DNA from: a virus
Reading direction: 5' to 3' (one strand)
Length of the DNA: 64,000 bases
Virus record (IMG/VR): IMGVR_UViG_3300030109_006070
Span: 8,030 to 72,029 of that record
In this document: in pieces, positions 19,808-29,345 of the stretch
Layout: every line of letters begins with the position of its first letter
Position numbering within the stretch: position 1 is the first letter of the stretch
Program-made: the position numbers and the translations under genes
The notes under the pieces: model-generated
What the model saw: only the letters and a program-made list of their open reading frames with translations
What the model was told of the DNA's origin: nothing
Databases searched by the model: none

Positions 19808-20616
19808 TGTATGACACAACACTAAATTACGAAGCTCACTTTTTTATTTCGGGGCGAGATGGCAGTCCATCAGCAAGAGAACTTTCTGGCATAGAAAGTC
19901 TTGATATAGGCTATTCTAATAGCTCTTCTGTTTTAGCCCCTTTAGGATCAAACCGAGGGCTTACAACGGTTGCAGGAGCAACCAGTCAAACCGTTTCTTT
20001 TTCTAGATCTCTAATATATGACGATCCAATTTTAGATTTTACAGGTGAATCTGAAGTAATGAAGGGTAGTTTTAATTATGATAACAACGCTTCTTATGGT
20101 TTTCACAGTGGCTATTTAAATTCTTATTCAGTTAACTGCGCGGTTGGGTCTGTCCCGAAAGTTAATACTAACTTCACCGTTTACGATGAAATGAAAAGTG
20201 GAATAAACGCCACAGGAGCCACTCCAACTAATATATTTATACCAAGCCAAGGTTCTATAACAGCTACTTGTGACAATAGCTCCACTAATAGAGTTGTCGG
20301 CTTTGATTATTCACTCACTCTAAATAAAAAGCCATATTATAGTATAGGTGTTGAAACTCCTGTTGAGGTCAAGCATATTAACCCTATACAATATTCAGCT
20401 AGCGTTCAGATAGAAGTCGATGATATTTTTCTGCAAAGTGGTTTTGATTTTTTATCAACTAGGGAAGATAAATCTGTTTCTTTTTCTGTAAAAGGCCGAG
20501 ACGGAACAACTCTTCAAAATTTAACCATACCGAAAGCTTCACTAGTTTCAGAACAATTGACTTCTAGTTCAGATGGAGCTGTTCGTTTAACCCTTAACTA
20601 TTTAGGTCACTCATGA
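19807..20616 (+). CDS. Tail protein, tail-tube/distal-tail-like paralog
   Basis: Follows tape measure (TAATG overlap); GYLNSYSVNCAVGSVPKV resembles tail tube CYISDYTVDMAVGSLPTV. Confidence 0.6.
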   Translation: MYDTTLNYEAHFFISGRDGSPSARELSGIESLDIGYSNSSSVLAPLGSNRGLTTVAGATSQTVSFSRSLIYDDPILDFTGESEVMKGSFNYDNNASYGFHSGYLNSYSVNCAVGSVPKVNTNFTVYDEMKSGINATGATPTNIFIPSQGSITATCDNSSTNRVVGFDYSLTLNKKPYYSIGVETPVEVKHINPIQYSASVQIEVDDIFLQSGFDFLSTREDKSVSFSVKGRDGTTLQNLTIPKASLVSEQLTSSSDGAVRLTLNYLGHS

Positions 20617-21569
20617 GCGAAAGTTTATTTTACAACAGGGATCAAAATATTTCTGGCATAGCCATACCAGCAAGTTTTTCAGCTTTAATCCTAACTCCTG
20701 TTTATGGTTCTACGGTTGAATTTACAGCCAGAAACCAAAGTTATAATACTGATGATTTTTATTATAATTTAATTCCCATGTCGGTGAATAGTTTAACTGC
20801 TAAATTTGGTTTAAAGTATGACGTAAACGAATCTAACGCGCAAAAATTAGCTGTATTCTTCGAAGCACAATCAGGGAATAATAGTTTTAAGTTCGCACCA
20901 GATAGCTCTAATATATATCAAGAAATGTCGGGAATTTGTGATAGCTATGGAATAAGCTTTGTCAACAACCAGCATTATCAAGTGGCAGCAAGTATAAGCG
21001 TAGACCACGCTCCTACACTTTTGAACTGGTCTGGTATGGGGTCTTTTCCTAATTTATCTTTCCAAGGGTGGAAGCCATCAACAAGCTATAAAAAGTTTGA
21101 TGTTATTTTTAGTGGTATTAATCAGAACAAGTTAGATAACTTTTACTATTGCAGTGGAGATCATAGCTCTACAACTATAAATAGCCCCACAGGGAGTTCT
21201 TCTATGTGGAGCCAAAAATTCTTTTTCGAGCCAGATATAGGCAACCAAACAAGCGTTAATATTAAAGCTGATAAATTAGAATATAAAAACTCTTTTATAC
21301 AAAGGCTAAAAACAAATGACAATATTTCTACTTTTGATATTAGTTACACTTTTAGCAATATTTCTGATGCCCAAACCAAAAGCATGATCCACTTCTTAGA
21401 AAGTAAAGGGGGGTATAGAAGATTTGAACATCAAATACCATCTGTTTATAATAGACCTAAAGTTTATTATTCTGATAGCTGGTCTCACACTTGGAACTAT
21501 ATCAATTCTAATACTTTGACAGTAAACTTTAAACCTGATCCATTAGGAATAATCCCAACAGGAACATAA
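20613..21569 (+). CDS. Minor tail protein
   Basis: Two repeats of FFEAQSG/FLESKGG..F typical of minor tail proteins; internal WKPSTSYKKFDV resembles a carbohydrate-binding insert. Confidence 0.55.
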   Translation: MSESLFYNRDQNISGIAIPASFSALILTPVYGSTVEFTARNQSYNTDDFYYNLIPMSVNSLTAKFGLKYDVNESNAQKLAVFFEAQSGNNSFKFAPDSSNIYQEMSGICDSYGISFVNNQHYQVAASISVDHAPTLLNWSGMGSFPNLSFQGWKPSTSYKKFDVIFSGINQNKLDNFYYCSGDHSSTTINSPTGSSSMWSQKFFFEPDIGNQTSVNIKADKLEYKNSFIQRLKTNDNISTFDISYTFSNISDAQTKSMIHFLESKGGYRRFEHQIPSVYNRPKVYYSDSWSHTWNYINSNTLTVNFKPDPLGIIPTGT

Positions 21570-21570
21570 T

Positions 21571-22668
21571 ATGGCTAGAAACATAATAAAAAGTTATAAT
21601 TCTATAGTCGCAACCCAAGATGCCACTGTAGCTTTTTCGACATCTGACCAAACTCTTAAGCTACACAAAATAGCTCAAGGCCTACAGTATTCTATAGGTT
21701 ACTCTAGGCGAGCATCCAAACAAATTGGCTCTGAAAACTTGTCGTCTAACACTTTTTATCAACAGCCAGATGTAGATTTAAATATTACATATATTCCTGA
21801 ACCTAATTTTTCTAACGAATTACAAGGCAGATTTATTGACGCAAAACCTGACACAAATTTTAAAAATTTCTTTGCTGCTTCTGATGTAAACGATTCTACA
21901 AATTTTTATGTATTAGTAACAAAAAATGGAGAAGACACCTTCTTGAATAAACTGCAATTCCTTACATCTTTAAATTTAAACGGAGACGATGCTATAGGTT
22001 TTGGAAATTGTTTTCCATCTTCTTATGGATTAAATTATTCAGTAGGGACTCTTCCTACCGTATCCACTTCTTACATTTGCTCTAATGCAATATTCGACCC
22101 TCTAACTGGCACATCAATGGAGATGCCAGCTATAAATTTGACAGGAGGAAATAATGATAATGTGGGCAGGTCACGTTTTACCTTTGGTTTAGATTTATCA
22201 AACGCTGGGTTAGAAAAAGCTCCACCAATTGTTAATCCAGACAACACTAATAGTGATGTTACATTACAAAATTTACAAGTAGGAGGGCAAGCAATATCAG
22301 GAAAACATTTAGTTCAATCTGTTGATATGAACGTAAGCCTCGAAAGGGTTTCGTCTTATGGATTGGGTAACGACTACGCTTATAATAGAAAACGTCAATT
22401 TCCCGCAAATGGGACTTTTAGTGTTTCCTCTTTAGTTTCAGGTATGGAGAGTGGTGCTATGACAGGAGTTTTAAACTCTGACCAAAACTATCAATTTGAT
22501 TTAAAGTTAGAAGCTAGCGGAAAACAAATGATTTATCGCGTCGAAGATGCGAGGCTAGACTCTTACAATTATTCTATGAATGTCAACGGCACCATGAGCT
22601 ACGATGCAAATTTCAGCTTTAAAGTGACACAAAAAAAGGGTTTAAAAGTTAGTGGGAGTGCCTACTAG
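21571..22668 (+). CDS. Tail tube-like protein (paralog of 7972-9120)
   Basis: MARN start, GFGNCFPSSY..SVGTLPTVS and HLVQSVDMNVSLER align by eye with the tail tube. Confidence 0.6.
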   Translation: MARNIIKSYNSIVATQDATVAFSTSDQTLKLHKIAQGLQYSIGYSRRASKQIGSENLSSNTFYQQPDVDLNITYIPEPNFSNELQGRFIDAKPDTNFKNFFAASDVNDSTNFYVLVTKNGEDTFLNKLQFLTSLNLNGDDAIGFGNCFPSSYGLNYSVGTLPTVSTSYICSNAIFDPLTGTSMEMPAINLTGGNNDNVGRSRFTFGLDLSNAGLEKAPPIVNPDNTNSDVTLQNLQVGGQAISGKHLVQSVDMNVSLERVSSYGLGNDYAYNRKRQFPANGTFSVSSLVSGMESGAMTGVLNSDQNYQFDLKLEASGKQMIYRVEDARLDSYNYSMNVNGTMSYDANFSFKVTQKKGLKVSGSAY

Positions 22669-23051
22669 TCGTAGTCAATCTTGATATTTTTGCTTTCGTA
22701 ACCTTTTTCTTTAATCCTGTTGGGGTGTTCCGCGCCTTTACGTTCTTTTTTGTAATTGTCGTAAAACTTTTCCTTTACTGGATCTAATCCTCCAGATTTT
22801 TCTGCTCTCTTTGCACTCAATTCAGCAGATAGATCCATCATGTCGCCAATAGTGCCTTTTTTATTATATGTGGCATCCATGTATTGTTGGCTATTAAAAG
22901 GATCGATAGTATTGTCTATAGATGCGTTGGGAGCAAGGAAAACCCTGCTCCACTTAACGTCATCTTCTGAATAAACATGTTCATCATTCATCCCTTGAAA
23001 TACCTCTCGGTATTCTTCTCTTTCAGGATGTTTGTAAACATAAATGGGCAT
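22665..23051 (-). CDS. FmdB-like small protein lacking Zn cysteines
   Basis: MPIYVY..E..EVFQGM..WSRVF start resembles FmdB family; cysteines absent. Confidence 0.5.
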   Translation of the reverse strand: MPIYVYKHPEREEYREVFQGMNDEHVYSEDDVKWSRVFLAPNASIDNTIDPFNSQQYMDATYNKKGTIGDMMDLSAELSAKRAEKSGGLDPVKEKFYDNYKKERKGAEHPNRIKEKGYESKNIKIDYD

Positions 23052-23383
23052 TATTTAATATCTATTTTTTTTGTAGCGGAAACTTCTTTTTTGGGGAGAG
23101 TGATATTTAAAAGCCCGTTCTTTAAAGAAGCTGTGATGTGATCTTCAGAAACTAAATCATATAAAAATAATTTAAATGACTTATTCCTCTGTTCATTTTC
23201 AGCTTGAATTGTTAAAGTATTATCGACAACTTGAATATCCACATCTTTTTTAGTAAATCCAGCTAATTCAAATTCAGCTTGATAAACATCTCCAGAATCC
23301 TTAACTGGATGCCTGTTAAAAGAGATTGATTTATTTTGTTGGTTAGTAATATCTGTTAGTAGGTTGTTAATTAATGAGTTCAT
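23051..23383 (-). CDS. Hsp20 small heat-shock protein
   Basis: ELAGFTKKDVDIQV..TLTI and ITASLKNGLLNITLPKK alpha-crystallin motifs; likely start ATG 23383. Confidence 0.9.
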   Translation of the reverse strand: MNSLINNLLTDITNQQNKSISFNRHPVKDSGDVYQAEFELAGFTKKDVDIQVVDNTLTIQAENEQRNKSFKLFLYDLVSEDHITASLKNGLLNITLPKKEVSATKKIDIK

Positions 23384-23420
23384 ACTTATATATATTAACA
23401 TTAATCATGCCATTTCAATT

Positions 23421-24497
23421 TTACTTAAAAACAAGGGATAAAATAGCTTCGGTAGTTTTCTTGTAAGTCATAGTGTCCCCCATTTTGACACCCTCTGTGT
23501 TAATCTGTCCCGCTTTAGATTCGGCTTTTTCCATAGCGGCGATCACTTGATCTTCGGTCCATGTGTAAAAAACACCATTATTAAAATCATTTTGTTTGGT
23601 AAAAAATACACCATCCTCGCAAGGCATCGTCCCAGAAGATTCAATTAAGATGGAATTTTCTTCTGTAGCCCAGTCTCTATGAGAGGTCTCGTTTAAAACT
23701 ACGCTCCACTTTCCTAAACAAGTAGAATTGAAAGCTGGCAGATTCCAACCTTCGCCTCCTGAAAGACCTGTTAAATCAATATCTATAGCATTTAAAAATT
23801 CGTTAACTTCTGAATTTTTAGCGAGGCGAGGGATTATGTTTAGATTGCTGTAATTGGCTCCTTGGGTTATTTCGCTCCACACCGCTTGCATTTGTTGTGG
23901 GTTAATGAATGGATTACTTACGCAACAAGAAAGTTGATATTTAGGGTTGTTACCGTATTTCTTTAACCAAGATTGAATAATCTTTTTTGTATGCTTTCTA
24001 TTCTCGTATTTACCCATCAGACCGAAGTGAACAACATCTTTAAGATATTCTTTTTCGGTTCTTTTGAAATCTTCATCAAACCCGAGAGGAACGAAATGTG
24101 TATTGTTCAGGCCCTTGTTTTTAAAATTGTTTTGTGCATATTTGGAAGAAAAAATAACACTGTCTTGTAAAGAAGCGATTTTTTCCTCTAGCTTGGTAGG
24201 TTCGCTGCACTCGTAAAATGTAATTAAGTGCTGATCCTTAGTTTTTTTATTTTCTGCCCCATTCAAATGCCACAACTTCAAAGTAGGGGTGCCTTTCGAG
24301 ATTTTGTCCCACCTTTTATTTACACCATCTTCAATATATTTTTTGATATCGTCAGTTAAATCAAAAGCAGAAAGATCTGGGTCACCTGTGGGGAAGATGC
24401 CCAGATCTACGTTTAGCTTTTGAAGCTCTCTGATAATGTTGAAAGAAACATTACCAAAGCTTAAGCTGTTTAAGGGAGCTTCTAAGATTAATTTCAT
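23421..24497 (-). CDS. Glycosyltransferase, GT-B/GT4-like
   Basis: VPLGFD, GKYENRK and SGGEGWNLP motifs. Confidence 0.8.
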   Translation of the reverse strand: MKLILEAPLNSLSFGNVSFNIIRELQKLNVDLGIFPTGDPDLSAFDLTDDIKKYIEDGVNKRWDKISKGTPTLKLWHLNGAENKKTKDQHLITFYECSEPTKLEEKIASLQDSVIFSSKYAQNNFKNKGLNNTHFVPLGFDEDFKRTEKEYLKDVVHFGLMGKYENRKHTKKIIQSWLKKYGNNPKYQLSCCVSNPFINPQQMQAVWSEITQGANYSNLNIIPRLAKNSEVNEFLNAIDIDLTGLSGGEGWNLPAFNSTCLGKWSVVLNETSHRDWATEENSILIESSGTMPCEDGVFFTKQNDFNNGVFYTWTEDQVIAAMEKAESKAGQINTEGVKMGDTMTYKKTTEAILSLVFK

Positions 24498-24860
24498 CTA
24501 AAAGGGAACATCATCACCTTGTACATCACTTGAGCTAGAACCCCCGTCTCCTTCAGCCTTCTTAGAACTCAAGAATTGAAGATCTTTGCCCCTAATAAAA
24601 TACTTACTAAACTTTTTGCCTTCTTTTTCCCAAGACGACATACAAAGCTCTCCATTAACAATAAACTCCCTTCCTTTTGAAAGGTATTTTTCAGCAATTT
24701 CTGCTGTCTTGTCCCAATATTCGATGTCAACAAAGCATTTTGTTTTTGCGTTGGATGTCGAAACGCCAGCTCTTAAACTGACAACTTTTTTACCATTATT
24801 GGTAGTTCTTACTTCTGGGTCTTTAACCAGATATGCGGCGGCTGTAATAGAATTATACAT
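24498..24860 (-). CDS. ssb: Single-stranded DNA-binding protein
   Basis: KDPEVRTT, AEKYLSKG, W residues and acidic DDVPF tail. Confidence 0.92.
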   Translation of the reverse strand: MYNSITAAAYLVKDPEVRTTNNGKKVVSLRAGVSTSNAKTKCFVDIEYWDKTAEIAEKYLSKGREFIVNGELCMSSWEKEGKKFSKYFIRGKDLQFLSSKKAEGDGGSSSSDVQGDDVPF

Positions 24861-25464
24861 AATTTGCTTCTTTTTTTACTTTGTTGATAAACTTGTTGTG
24901 GATGTTTATACATCCTTGGATACTTAAATCAAGATTTTTTGCAATAAACCTCCAAGGAGTAAGCTTATTATTATCTGATCCATATCGCATGTCAATTATT
25001 TTTTTAACTCTTTCATCTTTTTCTGTTTTTAGGCACTCTTTAAACACAACTAAAGCCTCTTCTTTGTTTATGTCTTTAATAAAAGATTCACAACTTGGTT
25101 CGATGTAAGTGTTGTCATCGTCTATAAAACACTCTTTATTTTTCTTCTTTTTGTTAAGAGCATTTAAACATTTCCATTTTGTCTGATTGGCTAAATGAGT
25201 AGAAAATTTTGTGTTTCTAGAGGGGTCGTAGTTTAAAGCTGAATCATAAATGGTCATTTCTTTGTCTTCCACAATTTGTGTTTTATCCAAAACGCATTGA
25301 GGGCTAGACATAAAATGATTTACCATTGTGTGAAATATCCCAGAGTGCCGATCAACTAAAGCTATTAAACTTTGCTGGTCAGCATTGTCCTCTTGTATTT
25401 TAGAAATGAGTGTCAGATCGCTTTCCACTGAACCCATTCTATTATCTGGTTTTCCTTTTTCCAC
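24853..25464 (-). CDS. Phage-encoded sigma70-family factor (regions 2 and 4)
   Basis: DSALNYDPSRNTKFSTHLANQTKW resembles region 2; MRYG..TPWRFIAKNLDLSIQGC resembles the region 4 HTH. Start uncertain (25464, 25437 or 25428). Confidence 0.8.
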   Translation of the reverse strand: MEKGKPDNRMGSVESDLTLISKIQEDNADQQSLIALVDRHSGIFHTMVNHFMSSPQCVLDKTQIVEDKEMTIYDSALNYDPSRNTKFSTHLANQTKWKCLNALNKKKKNKECFIDDDNTYIEPSCESFIKDINKEEALVVFKECLKTEKDERVKKIIDMRYGSDNNKLTPWRFIAKNLDLSIQGCINIHNKFINKVKKEANYV

Positions 25465-25588
25465 AGAATTTTAAAAAAACTCCTGATTATATTTATAATA
25501 TATTTATAAAACGTATACGATTAAGTATTACGTTATACTTTAACTATACCGTAATAGGTATAAATTACGTTTATCCCGTTTCACGGTT

Positions 25589-25616
25589 ATTATACGCCGT
25601 GAGATTAATTTGTCAA
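25589..25616 (-). promoter_or_regulatory. sigma70-type promoter for the sigma-ssb-GT operon
   Basis: Minus strand TTGACA-N16-TATAAT. Confidence 0.7.
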
Positions 25617-25644
25617 CAAAAAAAAATTTTCCTAAAAATCTCAT

Positions 25645-25679
25645 TTGACATTGCTTCGTCCTCCTGCTAAGTGTAAAAT
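25645..25679 (+). promoter_or_regulatory. Promoter for nrdBA (sigma70-like -35 plus GTGTAA motif)
   Basis: TTGACA 25645-25650, TGcTAAGTG at 17-nt spacing, GTGTAA 25671-25676. Confidence 0.55.
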
Positions 25680-25688
25680 CCTTTAACC

Positions 25689-26660
25689 ATGATTTTTGAA
25701 GAGCAAGTATCGAGAAAGCCCGACCATTACCCTTGGGCGCAAGAGTTTATTGAGGCAATGCATAACGGTTTTTGGACCGATAAAGAATTTAGCTTCAGTA
25801 GTGACATTCAGGATTTTAACGTCAATTTGACAGGCAAAGAGAAGGAGATCATAGTGAGAACTCTCTCTGCTATTGGACAAATAGAAGTGGCTGTTAAAAA
25901 GTTTTGGAGTAAACTCGGAGATAATCTTCCCCACCCTAGCCTTACTGACTTGGGATATGTCATGGCTAACGTAGAAGTTATTCATAACAACGCTTACGAA
26001 AGACTTTTAAAGGTGTTGGGGTTGGAAGATGTTTTTGAGGAGAATCTTAAATTAGATTTCATAGAGGGTAGAGTGAATTATCTTCGCAAATATAATCATA
26101 AATTTTACAAAGACTCAAAGAAACAATATGTTTATTCCATCATTCTTTTCACGCTTTTCGTGGAGAATGTTTCTCTCTTTTCGCAGTTTTATATTGTTAA
26201 CTGGTTTAATCGTTATAGGAACGTGCTTAAAGATACAGGCCAGCAAGTCAAATATACTCGCAATGAAGAAAACATTCATGCGTTGGCTGGCATCAAGATT
26301 ATAAACACAATCAGAAGCGAGCACCCCGAGCTTTTTGATGAAGAGCTGGAAGAGAGAATAGCAAGCGAAGCTAAAGCGGCTTTTGTAGCAGAGAGTCAAA
26401 TTGTTGATTGGATGGTAAATGGTTTTAATGAAAAAGGATTGAATGCTGACATTCTAAAAGAGTTCATAAAAAATAGAATTAATGACTCTTTAGAAAAAAT
26501 TGGCTTTCATTCAGCGTTTGATGTTGACACATCTTTGTTGGAAGATACAATGTGGTTCGAAGAAGAATTAATGGGCAATAATGCCACTGATTTCTTTCAC
26601 TCGCGACCAGTTGAGTATTCTAAAAACTCTCAAACATTTGACGCTGACGATCTTTTTTAA
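25689..26660 (+). CDS. nrdB: Ribonucleotide reductase class I beta subunit
   Basis: EVIHNNAY, ENVSLFSQF and EENIH di-iron ligands with radical Tyr; DFF..RPVEY tail. Confidence 0.95.
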   Translation: MIFEEQVSRKPDHYPWAQEFIEAMHNGFWTDKEFSFSSDIQDFNVNLTGKEKEIIVRTLSAIGQIEVAVKKFWSKLGDNLPHPSLTDLGYVMANVEVIHNNAYERLLKVLGLEDVFEENLKLDFIEGRVNYLRKYNHKFYKDSKKQYVYSIILFTLFVENVSLFSQFYIVNWFNRYRNVLKDTGQQVKYTRNEENIHALAGIKIINTIRSEHPELFDEELEERIASEAKAAFVAESQIVDWMVNGFNEKGLNADILKEFIKNRINDSLEKIGFHSAFDVDTSLLEDTMWFEEELMGNNATDFFHSRPVEYSKNSQTFDADDLF

Positions 26661-28306
26661 TGAAAAAATATAAATGGCTAAACAAGGACGCTCGCGATTT
26701 CTTAAAGAGGGGTTATTTGCAAACGGGCGAAACCGCTGAAAAAAGAGGTCATGATATTGCGGTCGCTGCCGAAAAATCTCTCACCATAAAAGGTTTTGCA
26801 GAGAAATTTGAGGATTATTTAGCTCAAGGTTTTTATTCTTTATCTAGTCCTATTTGGGCTAATTTTGGTAGAGAAAGAGGTTTACCTATCTCATGTAATG
26901 GAGTCTTCATTGAAGACCGCATGGACTCTATTTTAGACAAGCAAGCTGAAGTAGGAATGCAAACCAAGCATGGTGCAGGAACTTCAGGTTATTTCGGAGA
27001 ACTTAGATCAAGGGGAGCAGAAATTTCTGCTGGAGGAACCTCTAGTGGTCCAGCTCATTTTATGGAGCTTTTCGATAAAGTCTCATCTGTTGTTTCTCAA
27101 AGCAATGTAAGACGAGGATCTTTCGCAGCTTACCTTCCTATAGATCATCCTGATATTTCTGAATTTCTTAGAATTAGATCTGAAGGAAATCCTATACAAG
27201 AAATGTCATTCGGCGTTTGTATCACTGACGAATGGATGAGGTCAATGATCGAAGGGGATAGAAAAAAACGATCTGTTTGGGCATCAGTAATTAAGAAAAG
27301 GTTTGAAACAGGATACCCATATATCTTTTTCACAGACACAGCCAACGCCAACGCCCCGAAGCCTTATAAAGATAAACGCATGAAAATAACTGCGTCAAAT
27401 CTTTGTAGCGAAATATTTCTTCATGCTAACGAAGAGGAATCATTTGTTTGTTGTTTGTCTTCTCTTAATTTGTTGAAATGGGAAGAAATTAAAAAAACAG
27501 ACGCTATCGAAACTCTGGTTTATTTTCTTGATGCGGTAATGGAAGAATACATCGAGAAGACGGAAGACATTCCTTTTATGAAGGCTTCTCATAATTTTGC
27601 CAAAAAGCAAAGAGCAATTGGAGTGGGTGTGTTGGGTTGGCATTCTTTTTTACAAGAGCAAATGATTTCTTTCGAGAGTATGGACGCTAAATTTCTGAAT
27701 ACAGAAATCCATAAAACAATTAGAAAAAAATGTGATCAAGCCACCGAATCTCTTGCTGTTTTATTTGGTTCTCCAGAACATTTAGATGGTTATGACAGGA
27801 GGAATATGACTACAATGGCCATAGCTCCTACCACTTCTAGCTCTTTCATTCTCGGACAAGTATCTCCCTCTATAGAGCCATTGAATAGTAATTATTTTAC
27901 TAAAGATCTAGCCAAGGGTAAGTTTACTTACAAAAACCCCTATTTAGAAAAGCTTTTAGAAGAGAAAAAAAAGAATACTCAAACTACTTGGAAGTCTATT
28001 TTGCTTAAAGGAGGTTCTGTCCAGCATTTAGACTTTTTATCTCAAGAAGAAAAAGATGTCTTTAAAACATTTGGAGAGATACCGCAAAAAGAAATAGTTA
28101 TTCAAGCGGCTCAACGTCAGAAGTTTATTGATCAAGGGCAAAGTTTAAATGTCATGATTTCTCCGAAATGCCCTCCAAAGCAAGTTAGTGAGCTTCTTAT
28201 ATTTGGGTGGGAGCAGGGGGTAAAAAGTTTTTATTACCAAAGAAGTGCCAATCCTAGTCAAGAGTTAGCTAGATCTATACTAAATTGCTCTTCTTGCGAG
28301 GGTTAA
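26660..28306 (+). CDS. nrdA: Ribonucleotide reductase class I alpha subunit (no ATP cone)
   Basis: PISC, SNLCSEI, APTTSSS, KSFYY, C-terminal CSSCEG. Confidence 0.95.
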   Translation: MKKYKWLNKDARDFLKRGYLQTGETAEKRGHDIAVAAEKSLTIKGFAEKFEDYLAQGFYSLSSPIWANFGRERGLPISCNGVFIEDRMDSILDKQAEVGMQTKHGAGTSGYFGELRSRGAEISAGGTSSGPAHFMELFDKVSSVVSQSNVRRGSFAAYLPIDHPDISEFLRIRSEGNPIQEMSFGVCITDEWMRSMIEGDRKKRSVWASVIKKRFETGYPYIFFTDTANANAPKPYKDKRMKITASNLCSEIFLHANEEESFVCCLSSLNLLKWEEIKKTDAIETLVYFLDAVMEEYIEKTEDIPFMKASHNFAKKQRAIGVGVLGWHSFLQEQMISFESMDAKFLNTEIHKTIRKKCDQATESLAVLFGSPEHLDGYDRRNMTTMAIAPTTSSSFILGQVSPSIEPLNSNYFTKDLAKGKFTYKNPYLEKLLEEKKKNTQTTWKSILLKGGSVQHLDFLSQEEKDVFKTFGEIPQKEIVIQAAQRQKFIDQGQSLNVMISPKCPPKQVSELLIFGWEQGVKSFYYQRSANPSQELARSILNCSSCEG

Positions 28307-28345
28307 ATATTCATTTTTAATAATTAAAAGTGTAATAATTTCTTG

Positions 28346-29326
28346 ATGGAATACGACTTTTCAGACCAAGCCAAAGAGTTTTTAGAGAGCCAAAGCGCTA
28401 AACGCAAGGGTCCGAAAAGCTCTGCTCAAACTCCAGCTAAACCCTCGGAGCGCAAAAAAGGATCGAAAAAAAACCCAAAAGGCTCGGCTGGAGGGGATAA
28501 AAAATCCCCTTCTATAACTTTTTCTGAAAAAATTGTTACTTCTCTTAAAAATAAAGTTAAAGAGCATAACGCTAAATACTCTAAAAAAGTCACCCTCGGT
28601 CAGCTTAAAAAGGTATATAGGAGGGGTGCAGGAGCATTTTCAAGTAGTCATAGACCTGGTAAAAGCAGAGGCCAGTGGGCAATGGCTCGCGTAAATACGT
28701 TTTTAAAAATGGTTCGGGGCGGGAAAGTAAAGGAATCGTATAGAGCTGCTGACGGAGATATCGCTAGAGGCAGTGAAGATTATTATAATGAAAAAATTGG
28801 AGAGGCTTATGTTGATTATAATGAGGTGGAGTTTGGTCTTGCTAAAATAGATCTTTTAAAAGCTAACATTTCAGAAGATGAAATGGATCAAGACATTGAA
28901 GACATCAGTTACTCCGAAGAAGAAAAAAAGACTCTCAATAAACCCTTTAGATTACCTTCTGGTTCAAAAAAGAAATTTGGCGTTTATGTTAAAAGCCCCA
29001 AGGGTAACACAGTGATGGTCAAGTTCGGAGACCCTAACATGGAAATTAAAAGAGATGATCCAGCTAGGCGTAGAAATTTTCGAGCTAGACATAAGTGTGA
29101 TACAAACCCAGGCCCAAAGCACAAAGCCAGATATTGGTCTTGTAGATTTTGGAGCAAAAAGCCTGTTAATAAAATGACTTCTAGCGAGGCTATAGCTTGG
29201 GATGATGAGGAAGTTTTAACAGAATGGGGTTGGGATGATGCTAATTTTGCAGATCATCACGATTTGTTAAATTCTTTTCCATTTTTGTCTGAAATTACAG
29301 AAGTTGTTGAAGAAGAAGGATTATAA
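28346..29326 (+). CDS. Modular basic phage protein, probably virion/late
   Basis: Two basic modules (LKKVYRRGAGAF..QWAMARVN; VKFGDPNM..RRNFRARHKC..ARYWSC) separated by acidic linkers; GTGTAA 10 nt upstream. Confidence 0.6.
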   Translation: MEYDFSDQAKEFLESQSAKRKGPKSSAQTPAKPSERKKGSKKNPKGSAGGDKKSPSITFSEKIVTSLKNKVKEHNAKYSKKVTLGQLKKVYRRGAGAFSSSHRPGKSRGQWAMARVNTFLKMVRGGKVKESYRAADGDIARGSEDYYNEKIGEAYVDYNEVEFGLAKIDLLKANISEDEMDQDIEDISYSEEEKKTLNKPFRLPSGSKKKFGVYVKSPKGNTVMVKFGDPNMEIKRDDPARRRNFRARHKCDTNPGPKHKARYWSCRFWSKKPVNKMTSSEAIAWDDEEVLTEWGWDDANFADHHDLLNSFPFLSEITEVVEEEGL

Positions 29327-29345
29327 GGTATAATCATGCATTTGC

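Noticed and set aside
23395-23420. sigma54 or heat-shock promoter before Hsp20 (TTGAAA-TGGCATGATTAATGTT on minus strand)
   Set aside because: The -12 element is GT rather than GC and there is no CCCCAT box; too weak to call.
25689-28306. nrdB-before-nrdA order and ATP-cone-less NrdA as a novelty
   Set aside because: Both occur commonly in phage and bacterial class I RNRs.
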